A stretch of 64,000 nucleotides of DNA from the human T2T-CHM13v2.0 reference genome, Homo sapiens (GCF_009914755.1 NC_060948.1); one strand, 5' to 3'. Shown: positions 1 through 14,869, counted from the first letter of the stretch. Notes: generated from the letters alone by a model not told the origin. Made by a program: numbers and translations.

Positions 1-568
1 ACTGGAATGTAATGTAATGAACTCGAATGTAATTGACTGGAATGGAATGTACATGAATGGAATGTAATCGAATGGAAAGTAATCCAATGGAATAGAATCT
101 AATGCAATAAAATCGACTCAGATAGAGTAGAATGCAATGGAATGGAGTGCAGTGCAATGGAATGGAATGGAATGCAATGGAATGGAATGGAATGGAATGG
201 AATGGAATGGAATGGTGTGGAATGGATAGTAATGGACTGGAGTGAAATGGACTGGAAAGGAATGGACTCAAATTGAAAGGGCTCGAAAGGAATGGAGTCA
301 AATGGAATGGTCTGGAATGGAATGAACACGAATGTAATGCAATCCAATAGAATGGAATCGAATGGCATGGAATATAAAGAAATGGAATCGAAGAGAATGG
401 AAACAAATGGAATGGAATTGAGTGGAATCGAATTGAATGGAATGGGAACGAATGGAGTGAAATTGTATGCAGTAGAAGAGAATAGAATGGAATGCAAGCG
501 AAAGGAAAGGAATGGATTGGAATGGGATGGAATTCATTGGAATGGAAGGGAATGTAGTGTAATGGACA
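1..568 (+). repeat. Partial DYZ1 unit (end of an upstream HaeIII interval)
   Basis: Matches the sequence preceding every later HaeIII site; closest match is 21390-21962. Confidence 0.9.
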
Positions 569-586
569 GGCCTGGAATAAAGTGGA
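433..586 (+). other. Segment bounded by sequences matching the classical DYZ1 sexing PCR primer pair (Y1.2/Y1.1), one per unit
   Basis: Seen: TTGAATGGAATGGGAACGAATGG at 433-455 and GGACAGGCCTGGAATAAAGTGGA at 564-586 (reverse complement TCCACTTTATTCCAGGCCTGTCC). Primer identities are recalled from memory and should be verified. Confidence 0.7.
530..573. other. Unit-defining restriction landmarks: EcoRI GAATTC (530-535) and StuI/HaeIII AGGCCT (568-573), present in every unit
   Basis: GGCC starts at 569, 4138, 7712, 11291, 14870, 18429, 21963, 25537, 30780, 34359, 37933, 41507, 45071, 48630, 52189, 55758, 59327 and 62891, each preceded ~39 bp upstream by GAATTC. Confidence 0.9.
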
Positions 587-3500
587 ATGCTACGGTCTCG
601 AATGGAATAAAAATGTATGGAATGGAATGCAATGAAACGGAATCGAATGTCATAGAATGTAATGGAATGCAAAAAAATGGAATCCAAAATCATTGACTGG
701 AAAGGCTGGGTGTCGAAAGGAATTGACTCCAATGGAATGGAATCGAATGGAATGGAAGTGAATAGAATCGAACTAAATCGAATGGAATGGAATTGATAGG
801 AACGGAATGGAAAGGAATGCAATGATTTGGCATGGAATGGAATCGAATGGCATCGAATGGAATGGAATGGAATGCAATGGAATGGAATGTATTAGAATGT
901 AATGAACTTTAATGGAATGTACTCGAATGGATTCGACTGGAATGGAATGTTCTGGAAGTGAATGGACTCCAATGGAATGGATTCCAAAGGAATGGAATCG
1001 TATGGAATGGAATCTAATGGAATGGAATTAAATGGAAATGAATCAAATTGAATAGCACGGAATTGAATTGAATGAAATGGAATGCAATGGAATCTAATGA
1101 AACGGAAAGGAAAGGAATGGAATGGAATGGAATGGGCTGGAATGGAAAGGAATCGAAACGAATGGAATGGAATCGAACTGAAGAGACTGGAATGGAATGC
1201 ACTGGAATGGAAGGGAGTGTAATGGAAGGTTCTCGAAAAAAATGGAATCGAATGGAATGGAATTGAATGGAAAGGAATAGAGTCGAATGAAATTGAATGG
1301 AATGGAATGGACTAGAGTGAAATGGAATCGAACCACAAGGAATGGACAGGAATAGAATGGTCTCGAATTGAATGGAATCGTATGGAATGGCATCAAACGG
1401 AATGGAATGGACAGCCACGGAATGGAATGCACTCGAATGCAATGGAGTCGAAACTAATGGACTGGAATAGAATGGACTCGACTGGTACGGACTCCAATGG
1501 AATGGAATCGAATGGAAGGGAATGGAACGGAATGGACTCGAAGGGAAAAGACTGCAATGGAAAGGTCTCGAATGGAATGGAAATTAATGGAATGGAATGG
1601 AATCGAATGAAATGGAGTCAAAAGGAATGGAATCGAATGGCAAGAAATCGAATGTAATGGAATCGCAAGGAATTGATGTGAACGGAACGGAATGGAATGG
1701 AATCCAAAGGAATGGAATAGAATGGAATGGAATCGAATGGAAAGGACTCGAATGGAAATCACTCGAATAGAATGCAATTTAATAAAATAGGATCAAATGG
1801 AATGGAATGGAATGGAAAGGAATCGAAACGAAAGGAATGGAGACAGATGGAATGGAATGGAACAGAGAGCAATGCTATAGAATGGAATGGAATCATCTGG
1901 AATGGAATTGAATGGAATGGAATAATATGAAATGGAATGGAATGGAATGGAATGGAATGCCCTTGAATTAAATGGACTGGAATGGAATGGACTCCAACAG
2001 AGTGGAATGGAAAGTGTTGAGATAGAATGGAATGGACTCCTTTGGAATGGTCTAGTATGCAATGCAATCGACTGGCAGGGAATCAAAAGGAATGTAATCG
2101 AATGGATTGGACTGGAATGCAATGGACTCGAATAGATTGGAAACGGAATGCAAAGGAATGGAATGGAATAGTATGGAATGGAATGGAAAGGAATGGAGTG
2201 GAATAGACTAGAGTGGAATGGAATGGACTGGAAAGCAATGGACTGGAATGGAACTTTCTTGAATGGACTGGAATCAAACGGAATGGAATGCAATGCAATC
2301 AAATGGCATGGAATAAAATAGAATGAAAGAGAATCAAATGGAATTGAATCGAATGGAATCGAATGGATTGGAAAGGAATAGAATGGAATGGAATGGAATT
2401 GACTCAAATGGAATGGACTAGAATGGAATGGATTCGAATGGAAGGCAAAGGAATGGAATCTATTGGAATGGACTGTAATGGAATGGAATGGAAGGGATTG
2501 GAATGGACTCGAATGGAATGGACTGCAATAGAAAGGATTCCAATGGAATGAAAAAGAATTGAATGGAATAGAACAGAATGGAATCAAATCGAATGAAATG
2601 GAATGGAATAGAAAGGAATGGAATGAAATGGAATGGAAAGGATTCGAATGGAATGCAATCGAATGGAATGGAATCGAACGGAATGGAATAAAATGGAAGA
2701 AAACTGGCAAGAAATGGAATCGAAATGAATGGAGTATTATGGAACGGACTCAAAAGGAATTGAATGTAATAGAATGGAGTGGAGTGGACTCGAATATAAT
2801 GGACTGGAATGGAATGAAATCACATGGAATGGGAACGAATGGAATGGAATGGAAAGGAATGGAATCGAATGGAAAGGAATCGAATGGAAGGGAATGAAAT
2901 TGAATCAACAGGAATGGAAGGGAATAGAATAGACGGTAATGGAATGGACTCGAATAGAATGGACACGAATGCTCAAATTGAATGGACTCGAATGGAATGG
3001 AAACGAAAGGAATGTCATCGAATGGAATTGAATCGATTGGAATGAAATCGCATAGAATGGAGTGGAATCAAATGGAATTGAATCGAAAGGAAAGGAAGCG
3101 AATGGACTGAAATGAAATGGAATGGAATTGAATGGAAAGTAATGCAATGGAATAGAATGGAACGAAATTTCACGGAATGGAATCAAACTGAATGGAATCA
3201 AATCAATGGAATCTAATCAAATGGAATGGAAAGGAATTGAATGGAGTAGATTGGATTGGATGGGATTGGAATGAAATCTACTGGAAAGGACTCGAATTTC
3301 ATGAAACGGAATGGAATGAATTGGAACGGAATGGACTCGAATGGAATGGAATGTCATGGAATGGCATCAAATGGAATGGCATCAAATGGAATGGAATCGA
3401 ATGCAATGGAATGTTATGGAATGGAATGGAATGCATTGGAATGGAATGTCCTCTAATGGAATGGATTCGAGTGGAATGGAATCGAATATAATGGAGTCGA

Positions 3501-4137
3501 ATGAAATGGAATTGAAAGGAATGGGATCGAATAGAATGGAATATACTGGAATGTAATGTAATGAACTCGAATGTAATTGACTGGAATGGAATGTACATGA
3601 ATGGAAGGTAATCGAATGGAAAGTAATCCAATGGAATAGAATCTAATGCAATAAAACCGACTCAGATAGAGTAGAATGTAATGGAATGGAGTGCAGTGCA
3701 ATGGAATGGAGTGGAATTGAATGCAAAGGAATGGAATGGAATGGAATGGAATGGAATGGAATGGAATGGAATGGGATGGAATGGTATGGAATGGATAGAA
3801 ATGGACTGGAGTGAAATGGACTGGAAAGGAATGGACTCAAATTGAAAGGGCTCGAAAGGAATGGAGTCAAATGGAATGGTCTGGAATGGAATGAACACGA
3901 ATGTAATGCAATCCAATAGAATGGAATCGAATGGCATGGAATATAAAGAAATGGATACGAAGAGAATGGAAACAAATGGAATGGAATTGAATGGAATGGA
4001 ATTGAATGGAATGGGAACGAATGGAGTGAAATTGTATGCAGTAGAAGGGAATAGAATGGAATGCAAGCGAAAGGAAAGGAATGGATTGGAATGGAATGGA
4101 ATTCATTGGAATGGAAGGGAATGTAGTGTAATGGACA
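569..4137 (+). repeat. DYZ1 unit 1 (3569 bp, HaeIII-to-HaeIII)
   Basis: Spacing of GGCC landmarks; colinear with neighbours. Confidence 0.9.
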
Positions 4138-7100
4138 GGCCTGGAATAAAGTGGAATGCTACGGTCTCGAATGGAATAAAAATGTATGGAATGGAATGCA
4201 ATGAAACGGAATCGAATGTCATAGAATGTAATGGAATGCAACAAAATGGAATCCAAAATCATTGACTGGAAAGGCTGGGTGTCGAAAGGAATTGACTCCA
4301 ATGGAATGGAATCGAATGGAATGGAAGTGAATAGAATCGAACTAAATCGAATGGAATGGAATTGATAGGAACGGAATGGAAAGGAATGCAATGATTTGGC
4401 ATGGAATGGAATCGAATGGCATCGAATGGAATGGAATGGAATGCAATGGAATGGAATGTATTAGAATGTAATGAACTTTAATGGAATGTACTCGAATGGA
4501 TTCGACTGGAATGGAATGTTCTGGAAGTGAATGGACTCCAATGGAATGGATTCAAAAGGAATGGAATCGTACGGAATGGAATCTAATGGAATGGAATTAA
4601 ATGGAAATGAATCAAATTGAATAGCACGGAATTGAATTGAATGGAATGGAATGCAATGGAATCTAATGAAACGGAAAGGAAAGGAATGGAATGGAATGGA
4701 ATGGGCTGGAATGGAAAGGAATCGAAACGAATGGAATGGAATCGAACTGAAGAGACTGGAATGGAATGCACTGGAATGGAAGGGAGTGTAATGGAAGGTT
4801 CTCGAAAAAAATGGAATCGAATGGAATGGAATTGAATGGAACGGAATAGAGTCGAATGGAATTGAATGGAATGGAATGGACTAGAGTGAAATGGAATCGA
4901 ACCACAAGGAATGGAGAGGAATAGAATGGTCTCGAATTGAATGGAATCATATGGAATGGCATCAAACGGAATGGAATGGACAGCCACGGAATGGAATGCA
5001 CTCGAATGCAATGGAGTCGAAACTAATGGACTGGAATAGAATGGACTCGACTGGTACGGACTCCAATGGAATGGAATCGAATGGAAGGGAATCGAACGGA
5101 ATGGACTCGAAGGGAAAAGACTGCAATGGAAAGGTCTCGAATGGAATGGAAATTAATGGAATGGAATGGAATCGAATGAAATGGAGTCAAAAGGAATGGA
5201 ATCGAATGGCAAGAAATCGAATGTAATGGAATCGCAAGGAATTGATGTGAACGGAACGGAATGGAATGGAATCCAAAGGAATGGAATAGAATGGAATGGA
5301 ATCGAATGGAAAGGACTCGAATGGAAATCACTCGAATAGAATGCAATTTAATAAAATAGGATCAAATGTAATGGAATGGAATGGAAAGGAATCGAAACGA
5401 AAGGAATGGAGACAGATGGAATGGAATGGAACGGAGAGCAATGCTATAGAATGGAATGGAATCATCTGGAATGGAATTGAATGGAATGGAATAATATGAA
5501 ATGGAATGGAATGGAATGGAATGGAATGCCCTTGAATTAAATGGACTGGAATGGAATGGACTCCAACAGAGTGGAATGGAAAGTGTTGAGATAGAATGGA
5601 ATGGACTCCTTTGGAATGGTCTAGTATGCAATGCAATCGACTGGCAGGGAATCAAAAGGAATGTAATCGAATGGATTGGACTGGAATGCAATGGACTCGA
5701 ATAGATTGGAAACGGAATGCAAAGGAATGGAATGGAATAGTATGGAATGGAATGGAAAGGAATGGAGTGGAATAGACTAGAGTGGAATGGAATGGACTGG
5801 AAAGCAATGGACTGGAATGGAACTTTCTTGAATGGACTGGAATCAAACGGAATGGAATGCAATGCAATCAAATGGCATGGAATAAAATAGAATGAAAGAG
5901 AATCAAATGGAATTGAATCGAATGGAATCGAATGGATTGGAAAGGAATAGAATGGAATGGAATGGAATGGACTCAAATGGAATGGACTAGAATGGAATGG
6001 ATTCGAATGGAAGGCAAAGGAATGGAATCTATTGGAATGGACTGTAATGGAATGGAATGGAAGGGATTGGAATGGACTCGAATGGAATGGACTGCAATAG
6101 AAAGGATTCGAATGGAATGAAAAAGAATTGAATGGAATAGAACAGAATGGAATCAAATCGAATGAAATGGAATGGAATAGAAAGGAATGGAATGAAATGG
6201 AATGGAAAGGATTCGAATGGAATGCAATCGAATGGAATGGAATCGAACGGAATGGAATAAAATGGAAGAAAACTGGCAAGAAATGGAATCGAAATGAATG
6301 GAGTGTTATGGAACGGAGTCAAAAGGAATTGAATGTAATAGAATGGAGTGGAGTGGCCTCGAATATAATGGACTGGAATGGAATGAAATCACATGGAATG
6401 GGAACGAATGGAATGGAATGGAAAGGAATGGAATCGAATGGAAAGGAATCGAATGGAAGGGAATGAAATTGAATCAACAGGAATGGAAGGGAATAGAATA
6501 GACGGTAATGGAATGGACTCGAATAGAATTGACACGAATGCTCAAATTGAATGGACTCGAATGGAATGGAAACGAAAGGAATGTCATCGAATGGAATTGA
6601 ATCGATTGGAATGAAATCGCATAGAATGGAGTGGAATCAAATGGAATTGAATCGAAAGGAAAGGAAGCGAATGGACTGAAATGAAATGGAATGGAATTGA
6701 ATGGAAAGTAATGCAATGGAATAGAATGGAACGAAATTTCACGGAATGGAATCAAACTGAATGGAATCAAATGAATGGAATCTAATCAAATGGAATGGAA
6801 AGGAATTGAATGGAGTAGATTGGATTGGATGGGATTGGAATGAAATGTACTGGAAAGGACTCGAATTTCATGAAACGGAATGGAATGAATTGGAACGGAA
6901 TGGACTCGAATGGAATGGAATGTCATGGAATGGCATCAAATGGAATGGCATCAAATGGAATGGAATCGAATGCAATGGAATGTTACGGAATGGAATGGAA
7001 TGCATTGGAATGGAATGTCCTCTAATGGAATGGATTCGAGTGGAATGGAATCGAATATAATGGAGTCGAATGAAATGGAATTGAAAGGAATGGGATCGAA

Positions 7101-7711
7101 TAGAATGGAATATACTGGAATGTAATGTAATGAACTCGAATGTAATTGACTGGAATGGAATGTACATGAATGGAAGGTAATCGAATGGAAAGTAATCCAA
7201 TGGAATAGAATCTAATGCAATAAAACCGACTCAGATAGAGTAGAATGTAATGGAATGGAGTGCAGTGCAATGGAATGGAGTGGAATTGAATGCAAAGGAA
7301 TGGAATGGAATGGAATGGAATGGAATGGAATGGAATGGAATGGAATGGGATGGAATGGTATGGAATGGATAGAAATGGACTGGAGTGAAATGGACTGGAA
7401 AGGAATGGACTCAAATTGAAAGGGCTCGAAAGGAATGGAGTCAAATGGAATGGTCTGGAATGGAATGAACACGAATGTAATGCAATCCAATAGAATGGAA
7501 TCGAATGGCATGGAATATAAAGAAATGGATACGAAGAGAATGGAAACAAATGGAATGGAATTGAATGGAATGGAATTGAATGGAATGGGAACGAATGGAG
7601 TGAAATTGTATGCAGTAGAAGGGAATAGAATGGAATGCAAGCGAAAGGAAAGGAATGGATTGGAATGGAATGGAATTCATTGGAATGGAAGGGAATGTAG
7701 TGTAATGGACA
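4138..7711 (+). repeat. DYZ1 unit 2 (3574 bp; extra HaeIII site at 6355)
   Basis: Spacing of GGCC landmarks; GAGTGGCCTC variant at 6351-6360. Confidence 0.9.
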
Positions 7712-10700
7712 GGCCTGGAATAAAGTGGAATGCTACGGTCTCGAATGGAATAAAAATGTATGGAATGGAATGCAATGAAACGGAATCGAATGTCATAGAA
7801 TGTAATGGAATGCAACAAAATGGAATCCAAAATCATTGACTGGAAAGGCTGGGTGTCGAAAGGAATTGACTCCAATGGAATGGAATCGAATGGAATGGAA
7901 GTGAATAGAATCGAACTAAATCGAATGGAATGGAATTGATAGGAACGGAATGGAAAGGAATGCAATGATTTGGCATGGAATGGAATCGAATGGCATCGAA
8001 TGGAATGGAATGGAATGCAATGGAATGGAATGTATTAGAATGTAATGAACTTTAATGGAATGTACTCGAATGGATTCGACTGGAATGGAATGTTCTGGAA
8101 GTGAATGGACTCCAATGGAATGGATTCAAAAGGAATGGAATCGTACGGAATGGAATCTAATGGAATGGAATTAAATGGAAATGAATCAAATTGAATAGCA
8201 CGGAATTGAATTGAATGGAATGGAATGCAATGGAATCTAATGAAACGGAAAGGAAAGGAATGGAATGGAATGGAATGGGCTGGAATGGAAAGGAATCGAA
8301 ACGAATGGAATGGAATCGAACTGAAGAGACTGGAATGGAATGCACTGGAATGGAAGGGAGTGTAATGGAAGGTTCTCGAAAAAAATGGAATCGAATGGAA
8401 TGGAATTGAATGGAACGGAATAGAGTCGAATGGAATTGAATGGAATGGAATGGACTAGAGTGAAATGGAATCGAACCACAAGGAATGGAGAGGAATAGAA
8501 TGGTCTCGAATTGAATGGAATCATATGGAATGGCATCAAACGGAATGGAATGGACAGCCACGGAATGGAATGCACTCGAATGCAATGGAGTCGAAACTAA
8601 TGGACTGGAATAGAATGGACTCGACTGGTACGGACTCCAATGGAATGGAATCGAATGGAAGGGAATCGAACGGAATGGACTCGAAGGGAAAAGACTGCAA
8701 TGGAAAGGTCTCGAATGGAATGGAAATTAATGGAATGGAATGGAATCGAATGAAATGGAGTCAAAAGGAATGGAATCGAATGGCAAGAAATCGAATGTAA
8801 TGGAATCGCAAGGAATTGATGTGAACGGAACGGAATGGAATGGAATCCAAAGGAATGGAATAGAATGGAATGGAATCGAATGGAAAGGACTCGAATGGAA
8901 ATCACTCGAATAGAATGCAATTTAATAAAATAGGATCAAATATAATGGAATGGAATGGAAAGGAATCGAAACGAAAGGAATGGAGACAGATGGAATGGAA
9001 TAGAACAGAGAGCAATGGTATAGAATGGAATGGAATCATCTGGAATGGAATTGAATGGAATGGAATAATATGAAATGGAACGGAATGGAATGGAATGGAA
9101 TGCCCTTGAATTAAATGGACTGGAATGGAATGGACTCGAACAGAGTGGAATGGAAAGTGTTGAGATAGAATGGAATGGACTCCTTTGGAATGGTGTAGTA
9201 TGCAATGCAATCGACTGGCAGGGAATCAAAAGGAATGTAATCGAATGGATTGGACTGGAATGCAATGGACTCGAATAGATTGCAAACAGAATGAAAAGGA
9301 ATGGAATGGAATAGTATGGAATGGAATGGAAAGGAATGGAGTGGAATAGACTAGAGTGGAATGGAATGGACTGGAAAGCAATGGACTGGAATGGAACTTT
9401 CTTGAATGGACTGGAATCAAACGGAATGGAATGCAATGCAATCAAATGGCATGGAATAAAATAGAATGAAAGAGAATCAAATGGAATTGAATCGAATGGA
9501 ATCGAATGGATTGGAAAGGAATAGAATGGAATGGAATGGAATTGACTCAAATGGAATGGACTAGAATGGAATGGATTCGAATGGAAGGCAAAGGAATGGA
9601 ATCTATTGGAATGGACTGTAATGGAATGGAATGGAAGGGATTGGAATGGACTCGAATGGAATGGACTGCAATAGAAAGGATTTGAATGGAATTAAAAAGA
9701 ATTGAATGGAATAGAACAGAATGGAATCAAATCGAATGAAATGGAATGGAATAGAAAGGAATGGAATGAAATGGAATGGAAAGGATTCGAATGGAATGCA
9801 ATCGAATGGAATGGAATCGAACGGAATGGAATAAAATGGAAGAAAACTGGCAAGAAATGGAATCGAAATGAATGGAGTGTTATGGAACGGACTCAAAAGG
9901 AATTGAATGTAATAGAATGGAGTGGAGTGGACTCGAATATAATGGACTGGAATGGAATGAAATCACATGGAATGGGAACGAATGGAATGGAATGGAAAGG
10001 AATGGAATCGAATGGAAAGGAATCGAATGGAAGGGAATGAAATTGAATCAACAGGAATGGAAGGGAATAGAATAGACGGTAATGGAATGGACTCGAATAG
10101 AATGGACACGAATGCTCAAATTGAATGGACTCGAATGGAATGGAAACGAAAGGAATGTCATCGAATGGAATTGAATCGATTGGAATGAAATCGCATAGAA
10201 TGGAGTGGAATCAAATGGAATTGAATCGAAAGGAAAGGAAGCGAATGGACTGAAATGAAATGGAATGGAATTGAATGGAAAGTAATGCAATGGAATAGAA
10301 TGGAACGAAATTTCACGGAATGGAATCAAACTGAATGGAATCAAATCAATGGAATCAAATCAAATGGAATGGAAAGGAATTGAATGGAGTTGATTGGATT
10401 GGATGGGATTGGAATGAAATGTACTGGAAAGGACTCGAATTTCATGAAACGGAATGGAATGAATTGGAACGGAATGGACTCGAATGGAATGGAATGTCAT
10501 GGAATGGCATCAAATGGAATGGCATCAAATGGAATGGAATCGAATGCAATGGAATGCTATGGAATGGAATGGAATGCATTGGAATGGAATGTCCTCTAAT
10601 GGAATGGATTCGAGTGGAATGGAATCGAATATAATGGAGTCGAATGAAATGGAATTGAAAGGAATGGGATCGAATACAATGGAATATACTGGAATGTAAT

Positions 10701-11290
10701 GTAATGAACTCGAATGTAATTGACTGGAATGGAATGTACATGAATGGAATGTAATCGAATGGAAAGTAATCCAATGGAATAGAATCTAATGCAATAAAAT
10801 CGACTCAGATAGATTAGAATGTAATGGAATGGAGTGCAGTGCAATGGAATGGAATGGAATGGAATGCAATGGAATGGAATGGAATGGAATGGAATGGAAT
10901 GGAATGGAATGGAATGGGATGGAATGGTATGGAATGGTATGGAATGGATAGTAATGGACTGGAGTGAAATGGACTGGAAAGGAATGGACTCAAATTGAAA
11001 GGGCTCGAAAGGAATGGAGTCAAATGGAATGGTCTGGAATGGAATGAACACGAATGTAATGCAATCCAATAGAATGGAATCGAATGGCATGGAATATAAA
11101 GAAATGGATTCGAAGAGAATGGAAACAAATGGAATGGAATTGAATGGAATGGAACTGAATGGAATGGGAACGAATGGAGTGAAATTGTATGCAGTAGAAG
11201 GGAATAGAATGGAATGCAAGCGAAAGGAAAGGAATGGATTGGAATGGAATGGAATTCATTGGAATGGAAGGGAATGTAGTGTAATGGACA
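7712..11290 (+). repeat. DYZ1 unit 3 (3579 bp)
   Basis: Spacing of GGCC landmarks. Confidence 0.9.
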
Positions 11291-14200
11291 GGCCTGGAAT
11301 AAAGTGGAATGCTACGGTCTCGAATGGAATAAAAATGTATGGAATGGAATACAAAGAAACGGAATCGAATGTCATAGAATGTAATGGAATGCAACAAAAT
11401 GGAATCCAAAATCATTGACTGGAAAGGCTGGGTGTCGAAAGGAATTGACTCCAATGGAATGGAATCGAATGGAATGGAAGTGAATAGAATCGAACTAAAT
11501 CGAATGGAATGGAATTGATAGGAACGGAATGGAAAGGAATGCAATGATTTGGCATGGAATGGAATCGAATGGCATCGAATGGAATGGAATGGAATGCAAT
11601 GGAATGGAATGTATTAGAATGTAATGAACTTTAATGGAATGTACTCGAATGGATTCGACTGGAATGGAATGTTCTGGAAGTGAATGGACTCCAATGGAAT
11701 GGATTCAAAAGGAATGGAATCGTACGGAATGGAATCTAATGGAATGGAATTAAATGGAAATGAATCAAATTGAATAGCACGGAATTGAATTGAATGGAAT
11801 GGAATGCAATGGAATCTAATGAAACGGAAAGGAAAGGAATGGAATGGAATGGAATGGGCTGGAATGGAAAGGAATCGAAACGAATGGAATGGAACCGAAC
11901 TGAAGAGACTGGAATGGAATGCACTGGAATGGAAGGGAGTGTAATGGAAGGTTCTCGAAAAAAATGGAATCGAATGGAATGGAATTGAATGGAACGGAAT
12001 AGAGTCGAATGGAATTGAATGGAATGGAATGGACTAGAGTGAAATGGAATCGAACCACAAGGAATGGAGAGGAATAGAATGGTCTCGAATTGAATGGAAT
12101 CGTATGGAATGGCATCAAACGGAATGGAATGGACAGCCACGGAATGGAATGCACTCGAATGCAATGGAGTCGAAACTAATGGACTGGAATAGAATGGACT
12201 CGACTGGTACGGACTCCAATGGAATGGAATCGAATGGAAGGGAATCGAACGGAATGGACTCGAAGGGAAAAGACTGCAATGGAAAGGTCTGGAATGGAAT
12301 GGAAATTAATGGAATGGAATGGAATCGAATGAAATGGAGTCAAAAGGAATGGAATCGAATGGCAAGAAATCGAATGTAATGGAATCGCAAGGAATTGATG
12401 TGAACGGAACGGAATGGAATGGAATCCAAAGGAATGGAATAGAATGGAATGGAATCGAATGGAAAGGACTCGAATGGAAATCACTCGAATAGAATGCAAT
12501 TTAATAAAATAGGATCAAATGGAATGGAATGGAATGGAAAGGAATCGAAACGAAAGGAATGGAGACAGATGGAATGGAATGGAACAGAGAGCAATGCTAT
12601 AGAATGGAATGGAATCATCTGGAATGGAATTGAATGGAATGGAATAATATGAAATGGAATGGAATGGAATGGAATGGAATGCCCTTGAATTAAATGGACT
12701 GGAATGGAATGGACTCCAACAGAGTGGAATGGAAAGTGTTGAGATAGAATGGAATGGACTCCTTTGGAATGGTCTAGTATGCAATGCAATCGACTGGCAG
12801 GGAATCAAAAGGAATGTAATCGAATGGATTGGACTGGAATGCAATGGACTCGAATAGATTGGAAACGGAATGCAAAGGAATGGAATGGAATAGTATGGAA
12901 TGGAATGGAAAGGAATGGAGTGGAATAGACTAGAGTGGAATGGAATGGACTGGAAAGCAATGGACTGGAATGGAACTTTCTTGAATGGACTGGAATCAAA
13001 CGGAATGGAATGCAATGCAATCAAATGGCATGGAATAAAATAGAATGAAAGAGAATCAAATGGAATTGAATCGAATGGAATCGAATGGATTGGAAAGGAA
13101 TAGAATGGAATGGAATGGAATTGACTCAAATGGAATGGACTAGAATGGAATGGATTCGAATGGAAGGCAAAGGAATGGAATCTATTGGAATGGACTGTAA
13201 TGGAATGGAATGGAAGGGATTGGAATGGACTCGAATGGAATGGACTGCAATAGAAAGGATTCCAATGGAATGAAAAAGAATTGAATGGAATAGAACAGAA
13301 TGGAATCAAATCGAATGAAATGGAATGGAATAGAAAGGAATGGAATGAAATGGAATGGAAAGGATTCGAATGGAATGCAATCGAATGGAATGGAATCGAA
13401 CGGAATGGAATAAAATGGAAGAAAACTGGCAAGAAATGGAATCGAAATGAATGGAGTATTATGGAACGGACTCAAAAGGAATTGAATGTAATAGAATGGA
13501 GTGGAGTGGACTCGAATATAATGGACTGGAATGGAATGAAATCACATGGAATGGGAACGAATGGAATGGAATGGAAAGGAATGGAATCGAATGGAAAGGA
13601 ATCGAATGGAAGGGAATGAAATTGAATCAACAGGAATGGAAGGGAATAGAATAGACGGTAATGGAATGGACTCGAATAGAATGGACACGAATGCTCAAAT
13701 TGAATGGACTCGAATGGAATGGAAACGAAAGGAATGTCATCGAATGGAATTGAATCGATTGGAATGAAATCGCATAGAATGGAGTGGAATCAAATGGAAT
13801 TGAATCGAAAGGAAAGGAAGCGAATGGACTGAAATGAAATGGAATGGAATTGAATGGAAAGTAATGCAATGGAATAGAATGGAACGAAATTTCACGGAAT
13901 GGAATCAAACTGAATGGAATCAAATCAATGGAATCTAATCAAATGGAATGGAAAGGAATTGAATGGAGTAGATTGGATTGGATGGGATTGGAATGAAATC
14001 TACTGGAAAGGACTCGAATTTCATGAAACGGAATGGAATGAATTGGAACGGAATGGACTCGAATGGAATGGAATGTCATGGAATGGCATCAAATGGAATG
14101 GCATCAAATGGAATGGAATCGAATGCAATGGAATGTTATGGAATGGAATGGAATGCATTGGAATGGAATGTCCTCTAATGGAATGGATTCGAGTGGAATG

Positions 14201-14869
14201 GAATCGAATATAATGGAGTCGAATGAAATGGAATTGAAAGGAATGGGATCGAATAGAATGGAATATACTGGAATGTAATGTAATGAACTCGAATGTAATT
14301 GACTGGAATGGAATGTACATGAATGGAAGGTAATCGAATGGAAAGTAATCCAATGGAATAGAATCTAATGCAATAAAACCGACTCAGATAGAGTAGAATG
14401 TAATGGAATGGAGTGCAGTGCAATGGAATGGAATGGAATGGAATGCAATGGAATGGAATGGAATGGAATGGAATGGAATGGAATGGAATGGAATGGGATG
14501 GAATGGTATGGAATGGTATGGAATGGATAGTAATGGACTGGAGTGAAATGGACTGGAAAGGAATGGACTCAAATTGAAAGGGCTCGAAAGGAATGGAGTC
14601 AAATGGAATGGTCTGGAATGGAATGAACACGAATGTAATGCAATCCAATAGAATGGAATCGAATGGCATGGAATATAAAGAAATGGATTCGAAGAGAATG
14701 GAAACAAATGGAATGGAATTGAATGGAATGGAATTGAATGGAATGGGAACGAATGGAGTGAAATTGTATGCAGTAGAAGGGAATAGAATGGAATGCAAGC
14801 GAAAGGAAAGGAATGGATTGGAATGGAATGGAATTCATTGGAATGGAAGGGAATGTAGTGTAATGGACA
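11291..14869 (+). repeat. DYZ1 unit 4 (3579 bp)
   Basis: Spacing of GGCC landmarks. Confidence 0.9.

Noticed and set aside
576-1790. AATAAA hexamers (e.g. ~576, ~606, ~1781) as polyadenylation signals
   Set aside because: They arise by single changes from the GAATGGAA background, and there is no transcript evidence or downstream GU-rich element to support them.
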